A DNA stretch of 64,000 nucleotides, taken from positions 89,714,001 to 89,778,000 of the forward strand of contig OZ076409.1 in the NCBI GenBank assembly GCA_964187785.1. The letters are read 5' to 3'. Every line of letters starts with the position of its first letter. The stretch's first letter is position 1. Shown piece by piece: positions 35,521-49,620 of this stretch. Source of the DNA: Amphiscolops sp. MND2022. Taxonomy: Eukaryota. The position numbers and the translations under genes are program-made. Under the pieces are notes generated by a model. The model saw only the letters and a list, made by a program, of their open reading frames with translations, made no database searches and had not been told where the DNA came from.

Positions 35521-38500
35521 TGTCAAGGCTTGCCATTCGCCTCGCAAGGCGGGAACGATCAAATGATGAGCCACGACCCCTAATGTTCAAGTTCCTGCCA
35601 TATGACATCGCACACACAACTTTTGATGCCGCACATTGATGTACCTGTTTGTGCGATACAACATACAACTCTTGATACCGCACATTTTTTGTTGACTGAC
35701 AGGTACCAGTCGCGGTGCTATATATACCCGATGCTGAACCACTTCTACCATCAATTGCAATTGTAAATACATAAACCAAGTCTGATCATAACTAATCAAT
35801 CTCAATTCAGTTCTTCATTCCTACCCAACCTGTTTTAAAAGGTTATGGGACCAGCAGCTTCCCAGACGCCGCCATCTACTTAGCTGATCACAGCCTCACC
35901 AGCGCAGATCACGATGACGGTACCACGACACTCTCGACAAGAGAAGCTTCTGTTTAGTGGACGCGAGGATGACTTCCCCACTTTTCTGGAGCAGTTCGAA
36001 GAAAGAGTCTATGCCCTGGGACTTTCTGACTGCCTTCTGGACGGAATCAAAACACCACCCCGCCCTCCGTGGAGGACGAAAACACATGCAATCCAGGGCG
36101 AATCAGAAGATAACATCAATCCAGATGAAGGGACACCCAATGTTACAGAGAGTACAACAGCAGTGCAGCAGACAACGGGTGGGCGGAAAGAAGTCGAAGG
36201 AACGGGATCGAAAATCAGAGTTAGTCCTCAGGTGGACATACCAAATTTTTGAATGCGATCGAAACAACTCGGATCGAAATTTTTATAACGTAGTCAGATA
36301 CGTTCACATACCCCTAGTGCCCTGAATGCAGGAGCGAAGCGACGTGCCATATGGCCATGCCTCAATGTTGCTACTTGGCGAAGAGAGCGAAGCGACCGAG
36401 CCATACAACAAATACGATGAAATTCGACCGCCTTCCATTCGATCCCTGCAATTCGATCATAAGGTTCGACCTCTGTCCTTTCGACCAGAAAAATTCGACC
36501 TATTTACAGCCACCCACATTGATGTAGGTAAAGGGGGTCGTTCAACTGAAATATCAAAGAAAAGGGAAGCAAATTGAGGGCTAATAGCCGATCCTTATAA
36601 TCATCAATATATATATATATATCCTGAAGAATTGATCAATCCACTCTGCGCATGGCAAGACCCCTTTTGAGATGTTTCACGGAAGGAAGCCTGACCTTTC
36701 ACATCTTCACGTGTTTGGGTGCCAGTCGTTTGTGCTCAACGAAGTCAGGAAGAAGCTGGACAGCAAAGCACGGGAAGCTATTCTACCGGGATACTAGGGA
36801 AATTCTAAGGCATATGTAGTAGCCTCAACAGATGGGTCAGAGACAAGAGCACCAAAGGTCTGGGTATCACGGAACGTCAACTTCAACGACGATGCATTTC
36901 CTTACCAACGTGGTCCTGCAGTCACCCAAGTGGAGAGCGAGGACGATGATGCATCTCAATCAGATGTTGATGATCTGAAATCGGGGTCAGATGAACAATG
37001 CGAGACCACATCTACGAAAACCCATGCAATCCAGGGCGAATCAGAAGATAACATCAATCCAGATGAAGGGACATCCAATGTTACAGACAGTACATTAGCA
37101 GTGCAGCAGACGACAACCAGATGTTCGGGAAGGACTCGAACGGCGCCTCAACACTTCGGTGACTATGTGACAGGGAGAGAATTGGAGAACCTGGCACTTC
37201 ACTGTGATGCTTTGACTTCAAGCGGCCTTCCAAGCAATACAGCAGACGCCCTGGCGGATACCAACTGGAAAGCAGCGATGGACAGATAATTCAAATCTTT
37301 GGAAGAAAATGGAGTCTGGGAGCTAGTCAAGCCACCATCAGGACAAGGCATCATCAGCGGAAAGTGGCATTTTGCTCATAAACTAGATGACGAAGGAAAC
37401 GTGGTAAAGTACAAGGCGCGATTCGTGGCACGGGGTTTCACTCAGACGCCAGGCATTGATTTTCACGACACCTACTCACCAACAGCGAAGCTGTCTACAC
37501 TCAGAACTGTTCTGGCATGTGGGTTGAAGCTGGGTATGCATTTCAATCAGGTGGACATAAAGACAGCATACCTGAACGCACCAATTCAAGAAAACATCTA
37601 CATGGAGCAACCAGAGGGGTACCAAAAGGGCAAACAGATGGTGTGCAAGCTTAAGCGGTCACTTTATGGACTAAAGCAATCAGTGCGCAATTGGTTTGAG
37701 TGTTTCTCTTCTCATCTGTTTGAGCTCAACTTCAAGGCATCACTTCACGACCCTTGCTTGCTGACTCTGACGAGGAATTGTCACCAGTGCTGGATAGTGA
37801 TCTGGGTGGATGATATTCTTTACGGGTCAACTGACAGTCAATTCACACGTGGTTCAATGACAAGATGAGCGAGCGGTTCAACATTGGCGAAAGCGGTCCT
37901 CTGACGTGATTCTTGGGAATTTCCTTCAAATGGGGTGACGGTTCGCTGACAATGAAGCTTCATGGGTATGTGAGCAACCTACTTCGCAAACACGGTATGG
38001 GCGAGTGCAAGGTAGCTTCAACACCACTCGCAGACAAGCTGGCGCTGACGAAGGATCAGATGCCAGAAGACGGATCGGATGAGCGGCAGCAAATGTTGAG
38101 ACATGACTACAGAGGTCTAGTGGGTAGCACTGCTTACCTCTCACTGTCCACTCGACCTGACCTGGCTTTCCCGGCCCACCTATTTTCTCGATTTCTTAGC
38201 AACCCTGGGTTTGCTCACTGGCAAGCACGTGTTACGCTGCCTCAGAGACACAGCTGACGTGGGCATCACTTTCATGAAATGCGATGATACAGGCCTAAAT
38301 GGAGACACGGATTCAGACTATGCCAGCTGCAAGGACGATAGACGAAGCATCACTGGTTTCTGCTTCAACGTGGGTAGTGGGGTAATATCGTGGGCTAATA
38401 GAAGACAAACGTGTGTAGCGAATTCAACCACTGAGGCAGAACGTCATGCCTTGAGCGAAGCCGTAAAGGAAGCGGTGCATTTGCCGGGGATTCTGGACAC

Positions 38501-39072
38501 TCTTGAAGAATCCATAGCGACGACTTTGTTCACGGACAGTCAATCGTGCCTATCATTAGCAACCAGAGAAGACAACAGCCCAAAGACGAAACACTTTGCA
38601 ACTCGGATGGCCTATGTGCGGGAGACAATGAAGAATCAGTCGATTGATCTGAAGTTTATTGCAAGTGGTGACAGTTGCACTGACATTTTTACGAAGGGAC
38701 TGGGTAAGACGAAGGCGCAACAACACCTTGCTCGGCTGTCGGCAATGCGGGGGTGTCAAGGTGTGCCATCCGCCTCGCAAGGCGGGAACGATCAAATGAT
38801 GAGCCACGACCCCTAAGGTTCAAGTACCTGCCAGGTGACATCGCACACACAACTTTCGATGCCGCACATTGTTGTACCTTTTTGTGCGATACAACATACA
38901 ACTCTTGATACCGCACATTTTTTGTTGACTGACAGGTACCTGTCGCGGTGCTACATATACCCGATGCTGAACCACTTCTACCATCAATTGCAATTGTATA
39001 TACAAAAACCAAGTCTGATCATAACTAATCAATCTCAATTCAGTTCTTCATTCCTACCCAACCTGTTTTAAA
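35521..39072 (+). mobile_element. Internally deleted, chimeric Ty1/copia with two 319-bp LTRs (35521-35839, 38754-39072)
   Basis: PBS GGTTATGGGACCAG (half-tRNA-iMet type) at 35841. gag start (KLLFSGREDDFPTFLEQFE) is fused to the IN-RT linker, followed by degraded RT/RH. No matching TSD found. Confidence 0.9.
36177..36515. mobile_element. second copy of the Mutator-type MITE (lacks left TSD)
   Basis: Near-identical to 31646-31984 at offset 4531. The right flank is the same as copy 1, while the left flank is copia linker. Confidence 0.85.
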
Positions 39073-39099
39073 TCAGTCTTGTTGGGAAACCATAGGACT

Positions 39100-39960
39100 G
39101 ATCCATAGGTGACTATTGGTAGGATATAAAGTTTTTAAACTTGTGATTTTACATTAGCTGGTAAGGTAGTCGGTAAGGACCGCTTTAGCATCATGAATCG
39201 CAAAAAAGCTTTTCTGATACGAACATCGATGTGGGCTGACCATTTCAAATCAGACGTAAAATTGATACCCAAATCAATAATAGGGACCGTAGAAAACTCA
39301 ATATCTTTAGAATCAAAGACCAATACACGTCTATCAGAAATTTTATAGCGATGAGTAAACCATAGCAGTTCAGTTTTCGTGTTATTGAATTCCTTTCTAT
39401 TTGCTTTCGCCCAATCATAAATCCTTATGAGAACAATCTGGAGTTAAATGGGATTTGCATTTGAGATTTTCGAATCGTCTGCAAAGAGTAGCAATGTTGA
39501 GTTGACACAAACACAAGGCAAATCATTGATGAATATTAAAAATAATAAGGGTCCAATAACAGAGCCTTGGGGACACCACTTTTGATTGGAAGGGCAGTTG
39601 AGAGACAGTCGTCAATCTAACTCGTTGTTCACGATCTTCCAGAAAATTTTTCAAGAGTTTGAGTATATTGCCACCATTTCCAAAACTGGCAACCTTTTTC
39701 AATAAAATTTCATGGTCAACACGATCAAACGCTTTGCTGGAATCAAGATGACCTGTTAAAACTTCATCTCCTCTGTCGAGGTTGTTGTATATGTAATGTA
39801 AGTGAATTAACAAATGCGATTGTATCGATTTGCGTTTCATGAACCCATGCTGTAAATGGGATATCTTTTTTGAACAGTGAGGATTGAGTTTTTTAAAAAG
39901 GAGCCGTTCGAAACAAATTGAAAGACGGGATAAAGGTAAAAACATATACGAAATAATTTA
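39100..39960 (-). mobile_element. CR1/L2-like LINE reverse-transcriptase relic
   Basis: QHGFMKRKS, LDSSKAFDRVDH, FLEDREQRV, and a GVPQGSVIGP-like motif after a frameshift. Confidence 0.85.
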
Positions 39961-40102
39961 AAAACACGATTCTATCATCCGATCATTTTGCCAAAAATTT
40001 TGTGGTGCAACTGAAGACGATTTAACCACACACTATCGAAAGTCTTCTCGAGATAACTAATCAGAGAGAGAGAGAAAACACTGTATTATTGTATAGGGAT
40101 AG

Positions 40103-43100
40103 CTGATGCCAGTATAAAATAGGTGTAGATTGATTTACGCTGGAGCATAAACGATTTTTTCAAGTTTTTTGGGGCGATAAATCAGGTGAAGCCGAAATCA
40201 CGCCAAGTATGAGATGTATGGATAGGCATACGACTACTTTCCAAAGTTAGATGCTGTCTGAGACGACTTTTGAATGTGTGTAGATTTATACTAGTGTCTC
40301 TCAAGTACAACGGTAGTGAGTTCCACTTCGAAGAAGAATGATGAAAGAAAGAACTGAAGAGAGATACATGACTTCCCACGTATATTATCTGATTAGTGCA
40401 ATTGTCCCACCTACAAATCGCTGCAGGCAATTTTAAAGTGCTCTGGAAGGCTTTTTTTAGTATTTTTGAGATATTGGGACAAAAATAGTAGAGATTTCAA
40501 CTCGATAAGTTGTTTTATTCCAATCTTTTTCTTTTTTTTCCTCTCAGATCACTCGACGATTTAAAGCTCGAACGGAAGTAGACAGATTTTGATGCCCAGT
40601 TCATCTGTTTCTTGAAGGAAAGTAGTAAAAGAGGGGATATTTGAATGAAACAAATCGCAAAGTATTCGAAATGACTGATTATTAGCGCGTGGAAAAGCAT
40701 GACTAAGACTGTGGTTGGAAAATTGTGTTGTATAGATTCAATAGTTTTTATTCCAACTGTCATGTTTTTTAGAAACTGCTTCTTACCTGGGTTTAGAAAG
40801 TCAAGTGTTGATCTAACGTTATTCCAAAATATTCACATTCACGTTTCTTTTTGACAACTGAGGAGCTCACGAGAACAGTTCCGGAGTCTAGTTGTCACTT
40901 GTCACTTTTCAAGAAAAAGTCATGAATTCTGTTTTACTGCCATTCAAATTTAGTCGATGGGACTTAAAGTAACTTTCAAGTTTCAAAATTTTTGTTTGTG
41001 TTGGAGTTTAAGTTTCTTTGTTCAGGAATATCAACATATTCTGAAGCTAAAACGTCTTGTACGTTTTCGTGGGTCTCAGTCCTGGAACTCAAACAACCTG
41101 GATCCAACGATGAAAAATTAGTCAAACTATCTACATTAGCGGACAGATTCTCAATCAACTTGAGGATTTCTCTTTGAAAATGCTCTCTGTCTCTCAAACG
41201 TTTCTACATTTTATTCTCCACTTCAAAATCTTCAAATCTCTTCAAAATCTTGTTCCGAAATACAGTTGTTTTCATCAGTCGGGACACTTGAATTCTCCAC
41301 TAGGTCTGAGTCCTCCACTGGGTCTCTCCTTAACTTTCTCTTCTGTGATTTCTCAGGCATTGAAAAAAAAGAATTTTGAAACTCAAGAGATTTAAATTAC
41401 TCGATGTGCTTAGATTCAGATTAGGACGTTCGAACAGATTCTCGGGAAAAGTTTTACAAACAAGAGAACAGTTAGTTGGAATAATAGCGAGTTGAACAAA
41501 CACAATACAGTATTCTAAGATGATCCGAATTAATCAGTTAATCAGTTAAAGGTTTCAACAATTAGTTCACAGAAAAAAGTTACAATGATCACTTTCAAAT
41601 TAAACGAGTTACATCAATTTGAAATTTCAACTGCTCCTGTCTTAACCCGCCTCAGGTATTAATACTTTTCGCTAGACACACGGGATAAATCGCGCGCGTG
41701 AACTCACACCTCGTTCAGCCCGGCGTCTTTCCGAGGCGAGGAATTTCCGAAGTAGGTAGGCTTCCTCGGACTTCGGCTCTCGGCGTTATCCCACTTTAAG
41801 AAAAGTGGGAATCAACTTTCTGCCGAAGTTCCAATTGCGCGTCCCTTCTCCTTCATTCCCCGCCAATTAGTGACGCCGAAGATGAAGTTGGCAATGAAAG
41901 TTCATGGATCTATCTACTGACGCGGGAAAAGAAACAAATTTTCCATCGAAACAAAATGCAATTCAAGTGCAAAAATTACAAAATATGGAATAAGTGCATT
42001 TTCCAATTAAACGTCAAATGAATACTGCTCATAATAAGCATTTTACGTGAATCAAACAATTAATTATTCTCGCCACACCCCTGGTAGCACGGTCTACTTT
42101 AGGTTGATTGAACGGTAGACCAGGAACGTTGGCTCAAAGTACATGAACAAATCTCACTCCGAATGAAACGATTAACAAATATTGGTATACTAAAGTGGTT
42201 AATACATGAGGGAAAGGATAATATTGCACCAATGAAAGAAAATTACTCATATCTTTGAACTGATGCCAGTATAAAATAGGTGTAGATTGATTTACGTTGG
42301 AGCATAAACGATTTTTTCAAGTTTTTTGGGGCGATAAATCAGGTGAAGCCGAAATCACGCCAAGTATGAGATGTTAGGATAGGCATACGACTACTTTCCA
42401 AAGTTAGATGCTGTCTGAGACGACTTTTGAATGTGTGTAGATTTATACTAGTGTCTCTCAAGTACAACGGTAGTGAGTTCCACTTCGAAGAAGAAAGATG
42501 AAAGAAAGAACTGAAGAGAGATACATGACTTCCCACGTATATTATCTGATTAGTGCAATTGTCCCACCTACAAATCGCTGCAGGCAATTTTAAAGTGCTC
42601 TGGAAGGCTTTTTTTAGTATTTTTGAGATATTGGGACAAAAATAGTAGAGATTTCAACTCGATAAGTTGTTTTATTCCAATCTTTTTCTTTTTTTTCTCT
42701 CAGATCACTCGACGATTTAAAGCTCGAACGGAAGTAGACAGATTTTGATGCCCAGTTCATCTGTTTCTTGAAGGAAAGTAGTAAAAGAGGGGATATTTGA
42801 ATGAAACAAATCGCAAAGTATTCGAAATGACTGATTATTAGCGCGTGGAAAAGCATGACTAAGACTGTGGTTGGAAAATTGTGTTGTATAGATTCAATAG
42901 TTTTCATTCCAACTGTCATGTTTTTTAGAAACTGCTTCTTACCTGGGTTTAGAAAGTCAAGTGTTGATCTAACGTTATTCCAAAATATTCACATTCACGT
43001 TTCTTTTTGACAACTGAGGAGCTCACGAGAACAGTTCCGGAGTCTAGTTGTCACTTGTCACTTTTCAAGAAAAAGTCATGAATTCTGTTTTACTGCCATT

Positions 43101-44419
43101 CAAATTTAGTCGATGGGACTTAAAGTAACTTTCAAGTTTCAAAATTTTTGTTTGTGTTGGAGTTTAAGTTTCTTTGTTCAGGAATATCAACATATTCTGA
43201 AGTTAAAACGTCTTGTAGGTTTTCGTGGGTCTCAGTCCTGGAACTCGAACAACCTGGATCCAACGATGAAAAATTAGTCAAACTATCTACATTAGCGGAC
43301 AGATTCTCAATCAACTTGAGGATTTCCCTTTGAAAATGCTCTCTGTCTCTCAAACGTTTCTACATTTTATTCTCCACTTCAAAATCTTCAAATCTCTTCA
43401 AAATCTTGTTCCGAAATACAGTTGTTTTCATCAGTCGGGACACTTGAATTCTCCACTAGGTCTGAGTCCTCCACTGGGTCTCTCCTTAACTTTCTCTTCT
43501 GTGATTTCTCAGGCATTGAAAAAAAAAAGAATTTTGAAACTCAAGAGATTTAAATTACTCGATGTGCTTAGATTCAGATTAGGACGTTCGAACAGATTCT
43601 CGGGAAGAGTTTTACAAACAAGAGAACAGTTAGTTGGAATAATAGCGAGTTGAGCAAACACAATACAGTATTCTAAGATGATCCGAATTAATCAAATAAT
43701 CAGTTAAAGGTTTCAACAATTAGTTCAAAGAAACAAGTTACAATGATCACTTTCAAATTAAACGAGTTACATCAATTTGAAATTTCAACTGCTCCTGTCT
43801 TAACCCGCCTCAGGTATTAATACTTTTCGCTAGACACACGGGATAAATCGCGCGCGTGATTTCACACCTCGTTCAGCCCGGCGTCTTTCCGAGGCGAGGA
43901 ATTTCCGAATTAGGTAGGCTTCCTCGGACTTCGGCTCTCGGCGTTATCCCACTTTAAGAAAAGTGGGAATCAACTTCCTGCCGAAGTTCCAATTGCGCGT
44001 CCCTTCTCCTTCATTCCCCGCCAATTAGTGACGCCGAAGATGAAGTTGGCAATGAAAGTTCATGGATCTATCTACTGACGCGGGAAAAGAAACAAATTTT
44101 CCATCGAAACAAAATGCAATTCAAGTGCAAAAATTACAAAATATGGAATAAGTGCATTTTCCAATTAAACGTCAAATGAATACTGCTCATAATAAGCATT
44201 TTACGTGAATCAAACAATTAATTATTCTCCCCACACCCCTGGTAGCACGGTCTACTTTAGGTTGATTGAACGGTAGACCAGGAACGTTGGCTCAAAGTAC
44301 ATGAACAAATCTCACTCCGAATGAAACGATTAACAAATATTGGTATACTAAAGTGGTTAATACATGAGGGAAAGGATAATATTGCACCAATGAAAGAAAA
44401 TTACTCATATCTTTGAACT
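40103..44419. repeat. Direct tandem duplication of a 2157-bp composite of TE relics
   Basis: ctgatgccagtataaaatagg at 40103 and 42260. Paired ORFs are offset by ~2157 bp with few differences. Confidence 0.95.
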
Positions 44420-45329
44420 AAACAGTCTTATGGGTTTTACGAATATTTATAATTTGTAATCGCCAATTGCGAGACTGGAGCGTTGTCTCAAATTCAAATA
44501 AATGTGGTCCGCACTTGACATTTAACAAATAACATTTTGCGTCATATTTCTGCACTGTTCTTCGTATTTTAGTTTCCACGAGGTCAATTTGGTTCATAAA
44601 GGGTCGCGTGTACTGATATTGGAGGGTATGTAGTCTACAATTTAAGAAATTCAACAACTGGGAGTTAGATTCAATATTGTCTAATTATTCGGTTGCCCGG
44701 GTGGTTGACTCAAAGTTAGCAGTAGTAAATTCATTTATTAGCATCGGTATTATGTTATAGGTGGATATTTCTTCCTTGCCGTACTTGTTTTCCCGTATTT
44801 CAACTTCTTATAAGTTGGGATTACATTAAAATTGTACGAAATATTCATCATCTATAGCATCGTTATCGGTAATTTAATCGAGCGACTGGGCGTGCGTCCC
44901 AGTTTTCGGTTGACTGGTGAGCTGCCAGGAGAGGCCACTCAGCTAGCACAGTGAATTTGCGCTAAGCGCTGATTGGTCAATTAATATAAGAAAATTAATT
45001 TGCTTATTCCCGCTGTTATTGTGGCAGTAAGCTGGTCGGTGCACTGGTTGGAATAATTTCAATCAGCACGCAGTTCGTTTTACTGTAAACAAATCACACT
45101 CATTGCAGTTAATATAATTTATGTATTTACATATTTATGTATTTTAGGTACTGCATAGGGATCAAGGTTTTGATATTATTTAAACAACTATTTTATTGTT
45201 TGTATTTTAATTGTTGTTTGTTGGTTTGGTTCTTTCAGGTTTTTATGCTCATTCTTCGGTTTCTTTCGGGTCACTTTCTTCGCTTCTCTCCTCCGGTGTA
45301 ACCAGTTGATTTTTTTCTCCACATGAACT

Positions 45330-45480
45330 CTGCGGCTGTGACATTTTGCAAACATTGCAAAGCAATGTCAGGCTCCTGGTGACTACAAAAAAGCAAACAA
45401 TCATAGGCGTACTGGATAATGCGAGCATCCTCCGTTATCTGTCCAGTCAGGTCATTGACGTATAGGTTGAAGTCAAGATA
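45330..45480 (-). mobile_element. short LINE RT fragment
   Basis: Manual translation FNLYVNDLTGQITEDARIIQYAYDCLLF is a degenerate YADD region. Confidence 0.65.
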
Positions 45481-47099
45481 CTACGAAGTCAAGATACAGT
45501 CCTTTCAATGTTAGAAGCAAGTAGTGTTTGGTAACGATCCGCAGTGCCGAGCACCGAATTCAGGGCGGCGTAAAACTTGGTCAGTTGAAGGGATCAAGCA
45601 GCCATTACAACTGCCGTGACTGTAAGCAGGGTGGGATGAAATTCAAAGTCCCTCGTGTTGTAAAAATACATTATCATTGCGGGCACGACATCAGGGGATT
45701 TGGACGGGCTATCCGCATCATCATTTTTCAGAACTACATCAAAACATTACAACCTCGATCCCATTCTCTAATTCGCTAGCAGCCCCCATTCAAAATTTTC
45801 AACGAAAATGAAAGTACTTTCAACGTATCAATGAAATTTGAAAAAGGGGATAATTTTTTTTCTTGTTCGGAATTTAACTTTGGCAATCGCTTCTGCAAGC
45901 AACGCCAGTTGTACATTTGAGGGTGAGGGTGAGTTATCGATTTAGCATTACTAAATTAATTTACCAATTATTTATTGTTATTCAGCTCATTGTACTGACT
46001 CTTTTCGGGAAAGCGTCTGTCTTTTGAAACAGGTAGATATTAAAAGTGTATCAACATATTGGTTACTTGATAACGCATTGATAACTGAGTGAAGATCCGT
46101 TCCGGTATCTTTGGATTTAAAAAAGGGTGTGAGAATTTTGTAGGACTTTGCAATCATCAATTTAACTCTAACTTGCTGTCAACAAACTATTTCTAAATCA
46201 AAACGTAACTTTATAGTATGTATCGTCATTTGAGAGGGAGAACTCTTCAACTTTCGCCTGTTAAACCAGTGAGACCAACTAAGAGGTCAGGAAGAAACCT
46301 CCCGAAGAACGAAGAACCATCTTGCAGTTATGGAAACAATATTCCCGAAGCGGAAGCAAAGCCACTCTGCCGTTCAACTCTGATCTTTGAAAGAATCACC
46401 CGAGTTTCAAACGCACTAGCATTTTTTGCCGAGGCACTAGTGAGAGAAGAATGTTTCGCAGCCTGGGAGGCTCTTGGCTTCAGTAACGCCCAGGTTGCAT
46501 CAACGTTGATTGAATTCGACGCAGTGAAGACACACAAGCTCTGCGTGCATCCAAATATGAGAAGTTCTTAACCCAAAACCTCAAAAACGAGAAAGTTTAT
46601 CAAATGGTTTACAAATAAGTAATCGATATTAGATTTTAAAAGACATTTATGCAAAATAACAGTTTGAAAGTCAAAACCAAACATGTCAATTGAAAGGATT
46701 TTATTTTCTTCCCATCCTGTTTTTGTTTAGGGGTCGCATCTTGAGAGTATGGAGAATATCAAGAATGTACCTACTCCTGTTTTTGGGAACTATCAGAAGT
46801 TCACTGAAATGGCCGTAATCACAGTGGAGCCATTCATGGCAAAAACTACCATCGATGACATGGCGGGGTACACTGCCACCGTGGAGAAGGGTACTTCATC
46901 AAGTGAGATGAACCACACTGCAACCCAAAATTACCTGTTGTCGTTATGCTTCCACCTAAGAACCAACATATGATTGATGAAAAGACTGATCTCTTACTGT
47001 CTGTATCTCTTAGAATTGTAGTTTCTCAAGAACTTTTCGAGAAGCGTAACGAGATTCACGAGGGTGATAGCACTGTCCGGAGAAAAAGAAGGTGCATTA

Positions 47100-49620
47100 T
47101 GTGTCCATAGAAATATTCATTTCGTTTTTTAGTTTGAGCTTGAAAGGACGATTGACCTTCATCGCTGTACTCAAACAATTAGGATGCTCCGTGCCCAGCA
47201 GATTTTGACGAGAGTCGAGGTTCGGCTTAAATCCGTGTCTAAAGACTGTACTCATGAAATTATTCTGTACTGCTGTGTCGTAATTGACGTGCTTCTCAAA
47301 CCATATCGGTGCTGCAATAGAAAATGAGTAAGAAGGTGGTATTGTACAGACAAACTAGTGTTGAAACTGCAAGGCGCCATTGACTACAGCAGAACGACTG
47401 GATTATGTTCCAATTTCACGCTGCTTTTTCGATTGTACTTTAATCTCGGTAGTTGAGCTTGTTACCAATAGACTCTGTTGTTTTTTGAACTTGACATGAA
47501 TCACCACGTAGGGACGGACGCTCGAATTCATTTTCTTCGCAGTTGAACAGGATCGATTCAGGTTTCCCTCCGTTCACTAACATTCTCCAATCAGCATACC
47601 ATTTCTCGATGTCGAAACAATTTTTCAAAAAAGGGTCGATAAGCCTGACGAACCTTTCCCAGTGACAAAGACAGAGATATTGTCAGCAAACATGATATTC
47701 TGTGCTTGTTTACTGAGAACGTCATTCAGAAAGACTATGAAAAGGAGTTGCGACAACACAGTTCTCTTTGGGACGTCAAAATGAAATTTGGAAGATTGAT
47801 ATCCATTCATTTCGATAGAAGCAACACTGATTTTTGGAAACGTTTTAGTGATCCGATATATTTTGTTATAAATTTTGTGCCCTATCATTTTAAAGAAACG
47901 ACCGTCCGTCCACACGCTATCAAAAGCCTTTTCGAAGTCTATGTTTTGCAGAATCGTTAGCAAACATCAACGTTACTAAGATGGAGTCTCTAAAGTAATC
48001 GAGTAACGTTTTTTTCAGGGAAACCCTCCTGTTCGTCCCCAGGCAGTCCATTGACATCAAGAAATGTATTTTCCTTCTCGGTGCAATTATTTTTTTCAGA
48101 CTTTAACCGAGCCGGCTGGAGATTGAAAAAAGGTTTATATGAAGAGCAATCATCATACCATACCTTTCTTTGTTTGGTTTGCGAATGACGACGAATCGGG
48201 AATCCGTCATTGGCCGCACATAATCTTCCCAGAAAACATTGTTAAAAAGTCAGTAGAAAAGAGAGTGCTTTATCACCTAAATTCTTGATCATTGTCACCA
48301 ACAATATCTAAAAATTTAGTGGTACTCCATTTCAAAATGGCATTTTTCATTTCATCGATTGTTGTTCCATCTTGAAATTAATCATATACATGTTCTGGAT
48401 CATCTTGTGGTTGATTTATCATGGCTCCTACTTTCAATTCTGGTGCATCATTGAAACCCTAGTTTTTCGAATGTTCTCCGCCATAGACCGTGGTTTCAAA
48501 TTCAATGCTAATTTCCTCTTGAGCATATGAAAACCTCCCTACTTTACTGCGTACTAGTCCAACTTCTCCATGTTTAGTGTTGAGTATTGTTTTGCAAGAA
48601 GCCCAAAACTCACTTTCTCTTTTATGCTCGAGCGATGACAGAGACCTTCCCATCGAATGAGATAGGCTTTTTTAGAAGAGTTTGAAACTGTTCCTTCGCT
48701 GCCGTCAGCTTCTGTCTGTTCTCGAAATTTGATTTGTAGTTGAACTGTTTTCGAAATTTTTGAAACTTATTGCTTTCAAAAAGACTTCCGCTCATTTTTG
48801 TTTTGGTTTCATTCTGAAAAACACTATCAGCTTTTTCTGTTTTAGTTGTTGAGGCAATGCTTGCTTATTAAGATCACTCAGGCCACATATTTCATCATAC
48901 AAGACGGCGAAGTCAAAATCAACCATCATTTTTGATACAGAGCTTCTCGAAGTCGGCGCGTGTAGACTACGCGCCTCAAAAACTATTTGTACCTGTTTGT
49001 TGTAGGTTGTGCAGTCAAGTGATTGCGCTCCGTGGTTTCCGCTGCAGTTGGCACACCATGCATGTTGATTGTCTTTGCAGTTGTCGACAGAGTGCTTGCC
49101 TGAGCAATGTTTGCATGTTTGCATGTCACTTTCGAATGGCACCTGGAACTGATGTGTGCGAACTTCTGACATCGGTAGCAGCGGATTGTTTCTATTCCAT
49201 GCTCTTTGGAATCGACTGGTTGATAGGACAAATGGTCAAAACAACCTCGTCGTTTATCACCCAGTCAAATTAGTTTTTCTGGGAAACGTCGATTTCACAA
49301 TTTGCAGTGATTTACTATCGCTTTTGACAAATTGACTGACTCTGACGCCTTGGAATTTATCCGTTAGAGATGTTGCTATGTCTGAGTTGGGTAATTGTAA
49401 CGGAACTCCCCTTATTACTAGTATTCCGAGTGGACGAGTCACCAAAAAATCCGGCCTTCTATCCCTGAAAAGACAGGCAGTCTACCCTGATGTTGTGAAC
49501 TCAAGTTGTATACTACCCTGTGCATTAATAAATGCGTTAACAACCTTTTTCTTTGGGTTTATGGAAGCAACACGCTTTTGATTTCGATACTACTTCTTGA
49601 TCAGCAATGCGATATTTTGA
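47100..49620 (-). mobile_element. Degraded I/Jockey-group LINE (ORF1 with CCHC knuckles plus partial ORF2)
   Basis: IRCYRCQKFAHISSRC / CKHCSGKH / CANCSGNH triple knuckle. IDFEKAFDSVW and LLFIVFLND...MFAD RT motifs. Confidence 0.8.
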
